From a virus (taxonomy: Duplodnaviria > Caudoviricetes), in the IMG/VR virus record IMGVR_UViG_3300037603_000132, positions 708 to 64,707 of that record: DNA of 64,000 nt; one strand, given 5' to 3'. The notes under the pieces were generated by a model. It did no database searches, was not told where the DNA came from, and saw only the letters and a program-made list of their open reading frames with translations. Both the position numbers and the translations under genes were made by a program. This document shows positions 19,534 through 29,535 of this stretch, piece after piece. Position 1 is the stretch's first letter. Every line of letters starts with the position of its first letter.

Positions 19534-22500
19534 GAAGAACCAACAGGTCCCCGTCTACGACTACCACTACAGCCTCGACTACGGGCTGTGCCACGGGCCG
19601 ATTGACCACCTCAACGCCGTCTGGGTCAAGGATAAGCAAATCCTCTGCGACGTGATCGACCGGCGGACGGACTACGAGATTTACCTGCCCGAACTGTTCG
19701 GTGGGGACGACGCGGAGGGCGGCGTGGTGGGGACCCTGGAGGTCTACACGGGCGCGCCAGATCAGTACGCCTCGGCGGAACTGGCTTCCCGCTCCGGCAG
19801 GACCGTCGGCCAGACGCCCGGATACCGCAACGTGGCGCACCTCTTTTTCCGGGGCCTTCGGGACTCCGCGTCCGAGCAGGCGACCATTGCGGCCCTGGGC
19901 GACGGGATTCCCCAGACGATCTTCCGCAAGCGGCTGAAACAGCCGCCCCCGGGCGGCTACCCGTCCGCACAGATCGGTTGGCGGTGGACGACGAACAACC
20001 CCTACATGCCCGATATGAAGGCCAACATGACCCGGCTGCCCGGGGCCGCCGATGACCCCTACCGGGCGATCTGGCCGCTCGGCGCGACCTTCGGCTCTTC
20101 CTCGGAGGAGGTGACGAACACCGACCCGCAGCCGATCAGCTACTTCCGCGATGACAACGGGGTCGGGGTCGATCCCTTCGCGCCGGGCACGGTGGTTGAT
20201 TTGTTCGACCAAGGGGCAGACCAGGGGCAGATCGACGCGGGCGAGGTCCTGCTGCGGGTAGACTGGACTCTGATCCTGCGCTCGTGGAACCGTCAGGCGG
20301 GCGGCACGGTACGCACCAGCGTCAAGTTCTACAGCCAGAAGCCGACGATCTGGGATCAAGACGAGCATGTCATCGCTCCGCTCGGCGGGGAGAACGGCCT
20401 GCGCACTGAGCCGGTCAGCCTGACCTACGACACGCGGGACGGCTGGGAAGGCACGATGCGGACGGAGATCGACCAGTTGACCGTCCCGCCGGGCGCGCGG
20501 TTCGCCCAGATCGCGACCAGCTACGACTCGCCTGACGCCTACCGGGTTACGGCGGTCGGCTCGTACACCGTGGCGGTGGGCGTACCGCTGCCCGAACCGG
20601 GCGAAGAGCCGCCGCAGTACCTCGTGCCGACCGGCGACCTTCGCGTCATCGCGGCGGGCGAAGTGCCGGTTAGCGCCATCCCGCCTTGGAGCGTTTCGCG
20701 GATGGCCTTTGTCGATCTCTACAGCCTCGGGGTTACGCAGGCTGAGATCGACGCGGGCCTGATCCAGGTCGGACAGGTCCAGGTCGTCCGGTTGAACCAA
20801 GGCATCCCGGTTATGCAAAATGTCGGGGAGGACAATTTTATTACCGCCGTCTCCAACGACTTTAGGGAAATGCCCGAACACTGGGCTGCCGGTTGGGTGG
20901 GCGCGCCGGACGATTGGCCCCCGGGAAGCACTATCAAGTGGGATACCACCGTCGGGGAGATTTTCGTGCCGCTGCGCCGCGTCGCTCCGACCGCCCGAAT
21001 TGTCGGCTTCCGGGCAGGCTACGTCCCGGCGGTGGGTCTTTCCGTCGATGTCGATATGAGCGCATACCAGGTCGTCCGCGAGGCATACGCGGCGCACTGG
21101 TGCTTGCCGGACCAGACCCTCGGGCCGCTGCCGGACGCCAACCCCGCCCACATCATCTATGAGTGCATGACCAACGCCGAGTGGGGCAAGGGAACCCCGG
21201 AGGCCCTGATGAACGCCGCATCGTACAACGCGGTCGCGGAGCGCCTTTACAACGAGCGCATGGGCATGAGCATTGGCTGGTTCCAGCAGTCGGACATCGA
21301 GTCCTTCATCGGGGATGTGCTGGACCACGTTCAAGCCGTGCATTACTTCGACCCGGGCACCGGGCAGTACAACCTCAAGCTGCTGCGGGACGACTACGAC
21401 GTGGCCTCCCTCAAGACGCTCGACCCCTCGAATTGCGTGGCGACGAACCGCAAGCGGCGGCTCTGGGGCGAGACGATCAATGAGATCGTGGTCAGCTACA
21501 CCGACCCGCAGACCGAGAAAGAGGCGACGGTCTCCGCGCAAAACCTCGCCAACATCGCGATCCAAGGCGGCGTGATCTCCGAGACGAGGGACTACCACGG
21601 ATTCCGCAACCCGAACATCGCGCAGCTTGTGGCGGAGCGCGATGTGGCCGAGGCTGGCTACCCGCTCTTCTCTTGCGAGATCGAGGTGGACCGCTCGGAG
21701 TGGGACGCGCGGCCCGGGGACTGCCGGAAGTTCACCTGGCCGGAGGACGGGATCGAGGAGATCGTTATCCGGGTCATGGACGTGGACTACGGCAAGCCGA
21801 CCGATCGCACTATCAAGCTGGCCGTGACGGAGGACATTTTCAGCATCGACCGCGCTCAGTATGGCGAGCCGCAGCGGTCGGAGTGGTCCAACGCGGTCGA
21901 AGCGCCGACGCCGCTGGAGGCCCAGGCCGCGATCACGGTCCCGCTGCCGACGATCCTGCGCGCCGGGGAAACTGTCGAGGATTGGGACGAGAACTATCCG
22001 TCCGTCGCGGTCGCACTCTTGGCCGACGACGACGGCCTGCGGCCCAGCAGCATCGTCGTTACCGGCCCCGTGCAGCGGCCCAACGGATCTTCTGGCCGGG
22101 AGCAGATCGGTTCCATCGGCGTCACCTTGTCCGGGCGGATCGGCTCGCCGCTGGTGGCCGAGGCAGAGACCCGCCTGCCGCGCAATGTGATCGACGGGAT
22201 CACCCGGACGGGCGCGCAGGCGGGCGACTTCTTCATGCTTGGCGTCACCAACGCGGATTCCGAACTGGTCATGCTGGACAGCTTGGACGTTGAGTCGGGC
22301 GAGTGGGTGGTCGCGCGCGGCATGTGGGACACGACGCCCCGGGCTTGGCCCTCGGGGACCCGGCTCTGGCGGTTCCGGCCCACCCTGTCGAACCTCGACC
22401 CCGGGTCACGCGCGGCGGGGGAGACCGTGGAATACCTCCTCCAGCCGGTGACGCAGCTTGGGACGCTTCCACAGTTGGAGGCCGTGCCGCTGGAGGTCAC

Positions 22501-22936
22501 GTTCAACGACCGGCCCTATGCGCCTTTCCGGCCCGCCAACTGCCAACTCGACGGCACGGGCTTCGCCGGGGCGATCTACCGCGAGGAGCCTTTCCCCACC
22601 GAGTTCGAGGCGACCTGGGTGACGCGGAACCGCACGACCGAGGACACCGTGGCGCTCCGCTGGACGGAAGCGGACGCGGCCCCGGAGGTCGGGCAGACGA
22701 CCGTGCTGCGCATCCTCGATAGCGAGGGCGCGGTCCACTCCGAGATCACCGGACTGACCGGAAATTCGCGGACGATCCTGGTCTCCGAGTTGCCGCCGGG
22801 CCGGATTGGCTGGATCGAGTTTCTGTCCGAGCGCGACGGTATCCGGTCGGTCTACGGCGCGCGGCTGCCCTTCGACATCCGGCCCCCGGTTGGCTACGGC
22901 CTCGCCTACGGCCTGGGCTACGGCGGGGACTCTTAG
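19526..22936 (+). CDS. Central tail / host-specificity protein (gpJ-like) with inserted domains
   Basis: CHGPID N-terminus, DANPAHIIYECMTN, phage-tail domain, C-terminal GYGLAYGLGYGG. Confidence 0.88.
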   Translation: MGKKNQQVPVYDYHYSLDYGLCHGPIDHLNAVWVKDKQILCDVIDRRTDYEIYLPELFGGDDAEGGVVGTLEVYTGAPDQYASAELASRSGRTVGQTPGYRNVAHLFFRGLRDSASEQATIAALGDGIPQTIFRKRLKQPPPGGYPSAQIGWRWTTNNPYMPDMKANMTRLPGAADDPYRAIWPLGATFGSSSEEVTNTDPQPISYFRDDNGVGVDPFAPGTVVDLFDQGADQGQIDAGEVLLRVDWTLILRSWNRQAGGTVRTSVKFYSQKPTIWDQDEHVIAPLGGENGLRTEPVSLTYDTRDGWEGTMRTEIDQLTVPPGARFAQIATSYDSPDAYRVTAVGSYTVAVGVPLPEPGEEPPQYLVPTGDLRVIAAGEVPVSAIPPWSVSRMAFVDLYSLGVTQAEIDAGLIQVGQVQVVRLNQGIPVMQNVGEDNFITAVSNDFREMPEHWAAGWVGAPDDWPPGSTIKWDTTVGEIFVPLRRVAPTARIVGFRAGYVPAVGLSVDVDMSAYQVVREAYAAHWCLPDQTLGPLPDANPAHIIYECMTNAEWGKGTPEALMNAASYNAVAERLYNERMGMSIGWFQQSDIESFIGDVLDHVQAVHYFDPGTGQYNLKLLRDDYDVASLKTLDPSNCVATNRKRRLWGETINEIVVSYTDPQTEKEATVSAQNLANIAIQGGVISETRDYHGFRNPNIAQLVAERDVAEAGYPLFSCEIEVDRSEWDARPGDCRKFTWPEDGIEEIVIRVMDVDYGKPTDRTIKLAVTEDIFSIDRAQYGEPQRSEWSNAVEAPTPLEAQAAITVPLPTILRAGETVEDWDENYPSVAVALLADDDGLRPSSIVVTGPVQRPNGSSGREQIGSIGVTLSGRIGSPLVAEAETRLPRNVIDGITRTGAQAGDFFMLGVTNADSELVMLDSLDVESGEWVVARGMWDTTPRAWPSGTRLWRFRPTLSNLDPGSRAAGETVEYLLQPVTQLGTLPQLEAVPLEVTFNDRPYAPFRPANCQLDGTGFAGAIYREEPFPTEFEATWVTRNRTTEDTVALRWTEADAAPEVGQTTVLRILDSEGAVHSEITGLTGNSRTILVSELPPGRIGWIEFLSERDGIRSVYGARLPFDIRPPVGYGLAYGLGYGGDS

Positions 22937-22992
22937 ACGTTCCCAAATTCACCTGAAAACGATACAATTAGCAGAAAGTGGAGAATCAGCAC

Positions 22993-23289
22993 ATGAGTTT
23001 TACGCGCAAGCACACGGTCAACCAGGGGGCGTACCTCCTGGTGGCCTCTGGCGAAGGGGACGCCTTCGTACAGTTGCAGGACGAGGGGCCGGTCGATGTC
23101 TGGTTCGGAACGGTCGATCCCAACGGCCTCGACCCTGTGCCCGACGGGGTTCTGCTCGATGACGGCCACGGCCTGATGGAGATGTCGTTCACCGGCATGG
23201 TGGCGGCAGATCGGGTCTACGCCCGTTCCCGGCTGGACGAGGACAACGAGATCGTGGTCCTCGGCTCCGGCACGGACCCGCAAGCCTGA
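22993..23289 (+). CDS. Hypothetical protein (tail region)
   Basis: ORF with phage-like codon use; start uncertain (22978 or 22993). Confidence 0.6.
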   Translation: MSFTRKHTVNQGAYLLVASGEGDAFVQLQDEGPVDVWFGTVDPNGLDPVPDGVLLDDGHGLMEMSFTGMVAADRVYARSRLDEDNEIVVLGSGTDPQA

Positions 23290-23399
23290 TGTTCCGGGCG
23301 ATCCGCAGGCATCGACGCCGGGGCGTTCTCGCCCGGGCAGCAGCCGCCCCCGCCGCCACCGGCTACGGGCTTAACTACGGTCGCGGCTACGGCGGCTAA
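23289..23399 (+). CDS. 36-aa mini-protein ending GYGLNYGRGYGG
   Basis: Hand translation; ATG overlaps the upstream stop; C-terminus copies the J-like protein tail motif. Confidence 0.55.
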   Translation: MFRAIRRHRRRGVLARAAAAPAATGYGLNYGRGYGG

Positions 23400-23416
23400 T
23401 CGAAAAGGAATTTCAC

Positions 23417-24064
23417 ATGGCAGGCGAACGCACTCTGCCCGGCTTGGGGCTTACCGGCTTCTGGGACCTGGGCGACAACACTTGGAAAACCGGAAACGAC
23501 GCCAACCTCCGGCTCCTCTCCGTCCTCGTGCAGGGGTCGGTCCTTTCGGTCCAGGCGACCGAGCCGGGCACTCCGGCGGACGGGGAAATCTATATCTCCT
23601 CGGGGACCTGGGGCGGCAGTACGGCCAACGACATCGTGGTCCGGGATGACGCAGCTTGGGTTCCGATCACGCCCCAAGAGGGATGGGAGGTGTTCAACAA
23701 AGCGACGGGCAAGAAGCTGCGCTTCAACGGCACGGCCTGGATCACCCCGGGCAGCATGGACTTGGTGACGGACGGCGCGGCGGATCGGGTCGTTTCAAAT
23801 GCCGACCTCGCCGGGAACCGGATCATCGAGCGCAGCAACGCCTCCGCCCAGACCGTCACGGTCAACGCCGGGCTGACCGGGACGGAGCCGGTCACGTTCA
23901 TCAAGACGGGCGCGGGCGATCTTACGTTCGTCGCGGGCGGCGGAGTCACCATCAACAGCGCGGGCGGGGTTCTCGCCGTCGGCACGACCTACGCCTCGGT
24001 AACGCTGATTCCGAAAGGCGGGGATGTCTACCACCTGATCGGCGGTCTGGACGCACCGGCATGA
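23417..24064 (+). CDS. DUF2793-like tail fiber adaptor protein
   Basis: ANLRLLSVLVQGSVLS...ITPQEGWEVF pattern; strong RBS aaggaa. Confidence 0.8.
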   Translation: MAGERTLPGLGLTGFWDLGDNTWKTGNDANLRLLSVLVQGSVLSVQATEPGTPADGEIYISSGTWGGSTANDIVVRDDAAWVPITPQEGWEVFNKATGKKLRFNGTAWITPGSMDLVTDGAADRVVSNADLAGNRIIERSNASAQTVTVNAGLTGTEPVTFIKTGAGDLTFVAGGGVTINSAGGVLAVGTTYASVTLIPKGGDVYHLIGGLDAPA

Positions 24065-24831
24065 TGAGTCCCTGGTTCCAGCCGCTCCTCGGGAGCGTGT
24101 CCCGCTTCGCTATCGCGGCCTCCGGTGGCGGGGGCGGCGAGCCGGGGGAGGCTTCTTGGTCCGCAGCCTATGCCGACGGCCCGGTTTTTCCCGACACGAT
24201 CCCGCGTCCCGTGGTGTGGCTCACTCCGCGCGATGTGGTTCTCAATGGGTCAAACAAGATCACCCAGATCAACAACCGGGGGTCCTCCGGCGCGACCAAC
24301 CACGCGGCGGCCCTGAGTACAGCGGCAGCCGTGATTGCCCAGCCCTCGGGTTGGGGCGGGCGCGATGCAATCCAGAACATGAACGCCACTTTCGACTTCG
24401 GCTCGGCAGACGTGCGGACGATCATCTCCCTGGCAACGTACAAGACCGGCGTTGAGGCCACCTTTGACAACTACGACGGCTTCGTGTCCGGCCCCCTCAA
24501 CGGCTCGATCCACGAGGCGGAGATCGTGGGCTTCTCGGGCACGAACCGGCTCTTCGGTAAGATGACCAATGTATACATTGACGGCGTGGCACTGGCCGAC
24601 CCGGATGGTGATGCTGTCCTGCCCATGAACCGGAAAGGTCTCGCTGGGGTGCAGACCGTCGCGGCGGAACCCAGCGTCAAGCAGTCGGGCGCTCTCTTCC
24701 GGGACAACTTCAACACGTCTCGGACCTGGGACGGTCTGACGGGCGACATCCTCCTCTTCACGGAGGAACTTACGCCTGCGCAGATTGCCGATGTCCACGC
24801 TGCGCTGGACGCCTACTACAGTGCGGCCTAA
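24061..24831 (+). CDS. Putative receptor-binding / LamG-like tail protein
   Basis: Gly linker, VVWL...NRG start, GDILLFTEELTPAQIADVHAAL C-terminus typical of LamG-like folds. Confidence 0.6.
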   Translation: MMSPWFQPLLGSVSRFAIAASGGGGGEPGEASWSAAYADGPVFPDTIPRPVVWLTPRDVVLNGSNKITQINNRGSSGATNHAAALSTAAAVIAQPSGWGGRDAIQNMNATFDFGSADVRTIISLATYKTGVEATFDNYDGFVSGPLNGSIHEAEIVGFSGTNRLFGKMTNVYIDGVALADPDGDAVLPMNRKGLAGVQTVAAEPSVKQSGALFRDNFNTSRTWDGLTGDILLFTEELTPAQIADVHAALDAYYSAA

Positions 24832-24854
24832 TCCCGGACCCCTCCTAGACCGGA

Positions 24855-24890
24855 ATCACCTATTGGGTTAAAGTTGATCCAATAGGTGAT
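24855..24890. promoter_or_regulatory. Tandem operators upstream of the endolysin
   Basis: atcacc-tattg-ggttaa and ttgatc-caata-ggtgat. Confidence 0.65.
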
Positions 24891-24910
24891 TCCCCTTTGG
24901 AGGCCCCGGA

Positions 24911-25765
24911 ATGTTGAAGCTGAACCGCAAGGTGTTCTACGCCGAAGTCCGCCGGGGTCCCTTCCCCGGCAGGCTCACTAGCAGCCAGGTCGAGGGGATG
25001 AACGATCTCCTCGACGCCTGGGAAAAGATCGGGACCGACGATCCGCGACATCTCGCCTACACTTTCGCCACCAACTTCCACGAGACCGGCGCGAAGATGC
25101 AGCCGGTGCGCGAGGGCTTCAAGTCCTCCGACAAGGCCGCCCGGGCCTACGTCCAGCGCAACTACGGGCACAAGGGCGCAAGTTGGTACTGCTGGCCGCA
25201 AGGCCCCTACCAGCACGTCTATTATGGCCGGGGCGATGTCCAACTGACCTGGTACAACAACTACGTCCGCCTGGGTCGCATCCTCGGCCTGCCGCTGGAC
25301 GAGAAGCCCGACATGATGCTCGACTCCAAGGTCTCCAAGCTGGTGATGATCGAGGGCATGTTGAACGGCGCGTCCAAGGACGGCGATTTCACCGGCAAGG
25401 CGCTAGAGGACTATTTCAACGACACGACCGACGACCCGACCGGGGCGCGCCGGATCATCAACGGCACGGACAAGGCGTTCCTGATCGCGGGCTACCACGA
25501 CGAGTTCCTGGACGCGATTGAGGCGGCCCTAGAGGCGGCCCCCGTGGAGGTCCCGGAGGTCGAGACTCCGACCCTGCCCAAGGCCAACGACCAGACCTCT
25601 TGGGGCGGCGTCGTGGCGGTCGTGACGGGCCTGCTGGGGGCCGTCGGCGGCGCTCTGGAGGGCCAACCCCCCGCATTGGTCGGCGCGGTCGTCTCGGGCG
25701 TCCTGCTCGGCGGCTTCCTGATCTACCGGGGCCGCCGGAACCTCGTCAAAAACACCGGAGAGTGA
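24911..25765 (+). CDS. Endolysin, GH19 chitinase-like, with a hydrophobic C-terminus
   Basis: LAYTFATNFHETG, YYGRGDVQLTWYNNY, ARRIING motifs. Confidence 0.88.
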   Translation: MLKLNRKVFYAEVRRGPFPGRLTSSQVEGMNDLLDAWEKIGTDDPRHLAYTFATNFHETGAKMQPVREGFKSSDKAARAYVQRNYGHKGASWYCWPQGPYQHVYYGRGDVQLTWYNNYVRLGRILGLPLDEKPDMMLDSKVSKLVMIEGMLNGASKDGDFTGKALEDYFNDTTDDPTGARRIINGTDKAFLIAGYHDEFLDAIEAALEAAPVEVPEVETPTLPKANDQTSWGGVVAVVTGLLGAVGGALEGQPPALVGAVVSGVLLGGFLIYRGRRNLVKNTGE

Positions 25766-25766
25766 C

Positions 25767-26000
25767 ATGAAGAAGATCGGCCCCTACGCCCCGACCCTGG
25801 CCCGCTACGCGCTGCTGGTGGTCGGGACCAAACTTGCATCTGGCGGCTGGCTGCCGCCGTCCGTCTCGAACGCGATGGTCAATGACCCGGCGGTGATCGA
25901 GATGGCGACCGGCCTGATCGTCGGCGCGTCCGCCCTGGTCTGGTTCGCCTACAGCAAGGCAAAGACCGCGATCAAGATGATCTCGGATTTCGAGTTCTGA
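25767..26000 (+). CDS. Putative holin
   Basis: 77 aa with two hydrophobic segments, right after the endolysin. Confidence 0.6.
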   Translation: MKKIGPYAPTLARYALLVVGTKLASGGWLPPSVSNAMVNDPAVIEMATGLIVGASALVWFAYSKAKTAIKMISDFEF

Positions 26001-26001
26001 G

Positions 26002-26412
26002 GTGGGGTTCGGCACGGTCATCAGTCTGGTCTGGACGGTCCTCGGTCGAGGGCTGTCCGGCGGCGGCCTCGCTGACACAGCGGAGCGGATCGCGGAGCGC
26101 CTGGCCGCCCTGCGGGACGCGGAGTCCGAGGTGGAGAAAGCGGAGATCGAGCGCGAGATCGTCCAGCTAAAGGCGATCCGCGATCTCCAGGCCCCCTCTT
26201 CCTCGCGGCTCTTCTCGCCTATGATGATCGGGCAATACCTGATCGTGATCCCCTTCGGCCTATGGTGGGCCGCCGTGTTCGCGGTCTCGATCCTCAACAA
26301 GAACATCGGCACGGCTTTCGTGATCGACAACATCCCGCCCCATCTGTTCGAGATGGCCGAGTGGCTGATCCCTGTGATCGTGGTTGGCACGATCCTGGAG
26401 CGCCGTAAGTGA
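26002..26412 (+). CDS. Membrane protein of the lysis cassette
   Basis: Hydrophobic segments flanking a coiled region; GTG start. Confidence 0.6.
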   Translation: MGFGTVISLVWTVLGRGLSGGGLADTAERIAERLAALRDAESEVEKAEIEREIVQLKAIRDLQAPSSSRLFSPMMIGQYLIVIPFGLWWAAVFAVSILNKNIGTAFVIDNIPPHLFEMAEWLIPVIVVGTILERRK

Positions 26413-27104
26413 CGGACGGGCAGACCTTCACCCAATGGCTGAATGAGCACAAGGGCCTCGCCGCGCTGGCGGGGGGCTTCGCCTCTATCACGGCGGGCGC
26501 GATCTGGTGGCTCGCCAAGGGCGGCCTGGTGGCCCTGACCGTCTCCATGACGGCCCTCAACGACCCGGAGGTCGCCCGCGCCCTCGACGGGCTGCCAGAG
26601 TACCACGACCGGATAGAGGCCGAGTTGTCCGAGGTCCGCGCCGGGCAGGCCCTCACGCTGCGCCAGCTTAACCAGATCACCGACGCGCTGGAGACCATGC
26701 GAGTCGAGAACGCGGAGATCGTGGAGTGGGCACCGCTGCACAGCCAGAGGCTCACCGACGCGGTGGGCGGCTGCTACCCCGGCCAGAAACGGTGCAGCGC
26801 CTTCTTCCGGGGCCGCCGGACTCAGCTTGGCGCGGGCTGCGTCCTGGACATCGCGCGGCCTCGTCTGATCCTGGCCGACGGACGGGAGTTCCCCATCCAG
26901 TTCGCGGACGACACGCCGCTGATCCAGCTTACTACGGAGTTCGAGACCATCGAGACCGTGGTGGCGATCCCGAACTTCATCCCGGTCGGCCCGGTGGGCC
27001 TGATCGTTCTGACGATCTACGCGGAGTGCCCGTTCGCGGGAGAGGGTAAGACCGTCACCCGCGAAACCTTCCAACTCAAGATCGACATCAAGAAGCGGGC
27101 CTGA
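26409..27104 (+). CDS. Membrane-anchored hypothetical protein with a Cys-containing C-terminal domain
   Basis: N-terminal TM segment, coiled region, four Cys. Confidence 0.65.
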   Translation: MTDGQTFTQWLNEHKGLAALAGGFASITAGAIWWLAKGGLVALTVSMTALNDPEVARALDGLPEYHDRIEAELSEVRAGQALTLRQLNQITDALETMRVENAEIVEWAPLHSQRLTDAVGGCYPGQKRCSAFFRGRRTQLGAGCVLDIARPRLILADGREFPIQFADDTPLIQLTTEFETIETVVAIPNFIPVGPVGLIVLTIYAECPFAGEGKTVTRETFQLKIDIKKRA

Positions 27105-27108
27105 TCGC

Positions 27109-27789
27109 TCACGCGGCGGCCCGGCTCGCGCGCTTGCTCGCGACGTAGAGTTCCCGCACGGCGCGCTGATGGACTGTAGCGGCCTCGGAGCAGGACATGG
27201 CGATCTCCGCGATGGCCGTCATAAACCCGATCTCGTAGGGGCCGGAAACTCGCTCGGGGTCCCGGCTGGCGACCATCACGGCGACGATGCTGGGGTGGCC
27301 CGTGTCGCGGAGCATCTTGCAGAAGAGCGACCCGTGGAACCGGCCCCGGCTCTGCACATTCTCGTAGACCCCCGCGCGGCTGCCAGCGCCGAAGTCCAGG
27401 GAGCCGTCCGCGCGCTCGACAACGAACGGCAGCCGCAGCGCCGCCTCCCGCAGATCGCCCGAGAAGGTGTACCCGACCGTCAGGCGCAGCAGAGGGTGGC
27501 CGCAGTTGCAATGCTGGAGGATGTCCCCGAGTTCAAAGGCGGTCCCGGCCAGCACGTCCTCGTGCCCGGGCCGCGCCTCCGCCCGGCGCACGGCCTCGCA
27601 GAAGTGGAACAGCATGTGGGCCGCGTCGTACTCCCGCATCAAGTGCAGCATCCAGGCTGTGAACATGCGGCCCTGCTCGATGTCGCGAGCGCGGTTGCCG
27701 GTCGGCGTCACGTCCCAGAGGTTCAATGTGCCGTCGGCCTTCTCGGACACGAAGGGCAGGCGAAGAAGTGCGGTTCTCAGGTCGGGCAT
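27109..27789 (-). CDS. Hypothetical protein made of two tandem homologous domains
   Basis: DLRTALLRLPFVSEKADGTL versus DLREAALRLPFVVERADGSL. Confidence 0.65.
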   Translation of the reverse strand: MPDLRTALLRLPFVSEKADGTLNLWDVTPTGNRARDIEQGRMFTAWMLHLMREYDAAHMLFHFCEAVRRAEARPGHEDVLAGTAFELGDILQHCNCGHPLLRLTVGYTFSGDLREAALRLPFVVERADGSLDFGAGSRAGVYENVQSRGRFHGSLFCKMLRDTGHPSIVAVMVASRDPERVSGPYEIGFMTAIAEIAMSCSEAATVHQRAVRELYVASKRASRAAA

Positions 27790-27910
27790 TATTCGGTTCT
27801 CCGGGTATATCGCAGCCTTGACGCGGGAATGAATCGCGCTAGGGCCGCCTCAATGCTGGTGTTCTAGGGGGTTGTAAAGGCGCACTGGTTACAAACTGGC
27901 GCGAGAACGC

Positions 27911-28477
27911 TCAGAGCAGCAGGGACTCGATCCTGCGGCGAAGTTCCGCTTCAACCTCAAGCGGAGTGGCGGCCATTTGGCGCGCCGTGATCCGGCGGGG
28001 CATCGGAAGGTTCGGCCACTCACCGGCCTCGGGCGCGATAAGCTGGGCCTTCTCGCTCGCGGCGGCGGTCATGTCGTAGAACTTGACCACGCCGGGCAGC
28101 GTCTCGGGCAGCCCGAACTTCTGGGCCACGGCGCGCCACCAGACCTTTTCCAGAGCCTTGTACTCGGGGAGGTGGCGTTTCATCGGCGCGATCATGTCGC
28201 GCATCATGTACTCCGGGGCGTCGTGCAGCAGGATCATCAGGCGGATTTCCCGCGAGGTCACGCCGTCCGTTTCCGCCGTGTCGTCCATGAAAAGGGTGTG
28301 CTGGCCCACCGTCCAGGGGATCAGCGTGGCGGCCCCGCCGTAGCGCGGCTCGCGCGAAAGGCCGACCGTGATGTCCCGGAGAATGATGTCCTCGGGATCG
28401 GGATTCAGCACGTCGATCATGCGGCTGCCGGTCCAGGCCCGCTCGGGCCGCAAGGCGAGGTTGGTGTTCGTCTGCAT
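27911..28477 (-). CDS. HD-domain phosphohydrolase (YfbR-like)
   Basis: DITVGLSREPRYGG, TVGQHT, LLHDAPE motifs. Confidence 0.85.
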   Translation of the reverse strand: MQTNTNLALRPERAWTGSRMIDVLNPDPEDIILRDITVGLSREPRYGGAATLIPWTVGQHTLFMDDTAETDGVTSREIRLMILLHDAPEYMMRDMIAPMKRHLPEYKALEKVWWRAVAQKFGLPETLPGVVKFYDMTAAASEKAQLIAPEAGEWPNLPMPRRITARQMAATPLEVEAELRRRIESLLL

Positions 28478-28508
28478 GTGTCGCTCCTGTATTCAGTCTG
28501 CCGCCCGG

Positions 28509-29417
28509 TCAGGCCAGCAGCGCCTCAATGTCGTCGCTCGGGCACGGCCCCAGCAGGTCCGCCAGGCTGGCGTCCTCCGCGCTGGCGTCCTCCGCGCTGG
28601 GCTGCTCTGCCGTCTCCAAGGTGGTTCCGATGCGCCGGGCGGCGCACTCGGCGTAGTTCGCGGCCAACTCGATCCCGATGAAGCCGCGCCCGGACTCCCG
28701 GGCCGCCACGCCGGTCGCGCCCGTCCCCATGAAGGGGTCCAGGACGATCTCGCCGGGCTGCGTCGAGTTCTCGATGTAGGTCAGCATGAGATTGACCGGC
28801 TTCTCGGTCGGGTGGCTCTTGGGACTGCTCACGTTGTCCCAATCGAGCGGCCAGCCGAACTCTTCCGCGAGCGGCGTGGCGTGGTAGCCCATCGAGTCGT
28901 CGTCCAGCCAGAGCGCCGGATCGTCCAGTGGGTGCGGCTCTACGCTGATCGTGGAGCGTGTGCCCCGGTTGTTGATCGAGAAGGCCCGCCCCTTCCGGGC
29001 GAAGAGCGTCAACTCGGTATCCTTCATGTACCAGCGGTTCGGGGTCGCGTTGTTCTTCCGCCAGAAAAGCAGGTTATGGACGCGGAACCCGGCGCGGGCG
29101 AGATCGCCCAGGATGTCCTTCTCGACCAGATTCAGCACGTTGGTCATCAGGTAGACATGGGCGTCGTCGCGGAGGACGCGGTGGACCTCCGGCAGGTAGG
29201 CGGCGGGCCGGATCGAGTTATGCTCGAAAATCTTGCCGTCGTTCTTTGTGAGGATTCCGCGCGGGCGCTGGTGCGGCCCTTTCCGGTCGGCGTTCGAGCC
29301 GCCGGAGATCGTGGGGTAGGGGGGATCGAATACCGCTGCGTCAACCGACCCGGCGGGCAGGGATTGAAGGGCGGCGATGGCGTCTCCGCAGATCAGACGT
29401 GAACTTTTTTCATCCAT
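28509..29417 (-). CDS. DNA N6-adenine/N4-cytosine methyltransferase, beta class
   Basis: DPPY motif IV near the N-terminus, HPTEKP, LDPFMGTGATG motif I. Confidence 0.92.
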   Translation of the reverse strand: MDEKSSRLICGDAIAALQSLPAGSVDAAVFDPPYPTISGGSNADRKGPHQRPRGILTKNDGKIFEHNSIRPAAYLPEVHRVLRDDAHVYLMTNVLNLVEKDILGDLARAGFRVHNLLFWRKNNATPNRWYMKDTELTLFARKGRAFSINNRGTRSTISVEPHPLDDPALWLDDDSMGYHATPLAEEFGWPLDWDNVSSPKSHPTEKPVNLMLTYIENSTQPGEIVLDPFMGTGATGVAARESGRGFIGIELAANYAECAARRIGTTLETAEQPSAEDASAEDASLADLLGPCPSDDIEALLA

Positions 29418-29535
29418 CTGTGAAACTTTCCCCCGCTCCGCTTCGTTGGCTCTACCCGTTAATTTCACCTTCTGGATTCAAATTCAACCAAAAATTCCTA
29501 CAACCTCGGATTATTTTCGATTGACTTGAATCGGA

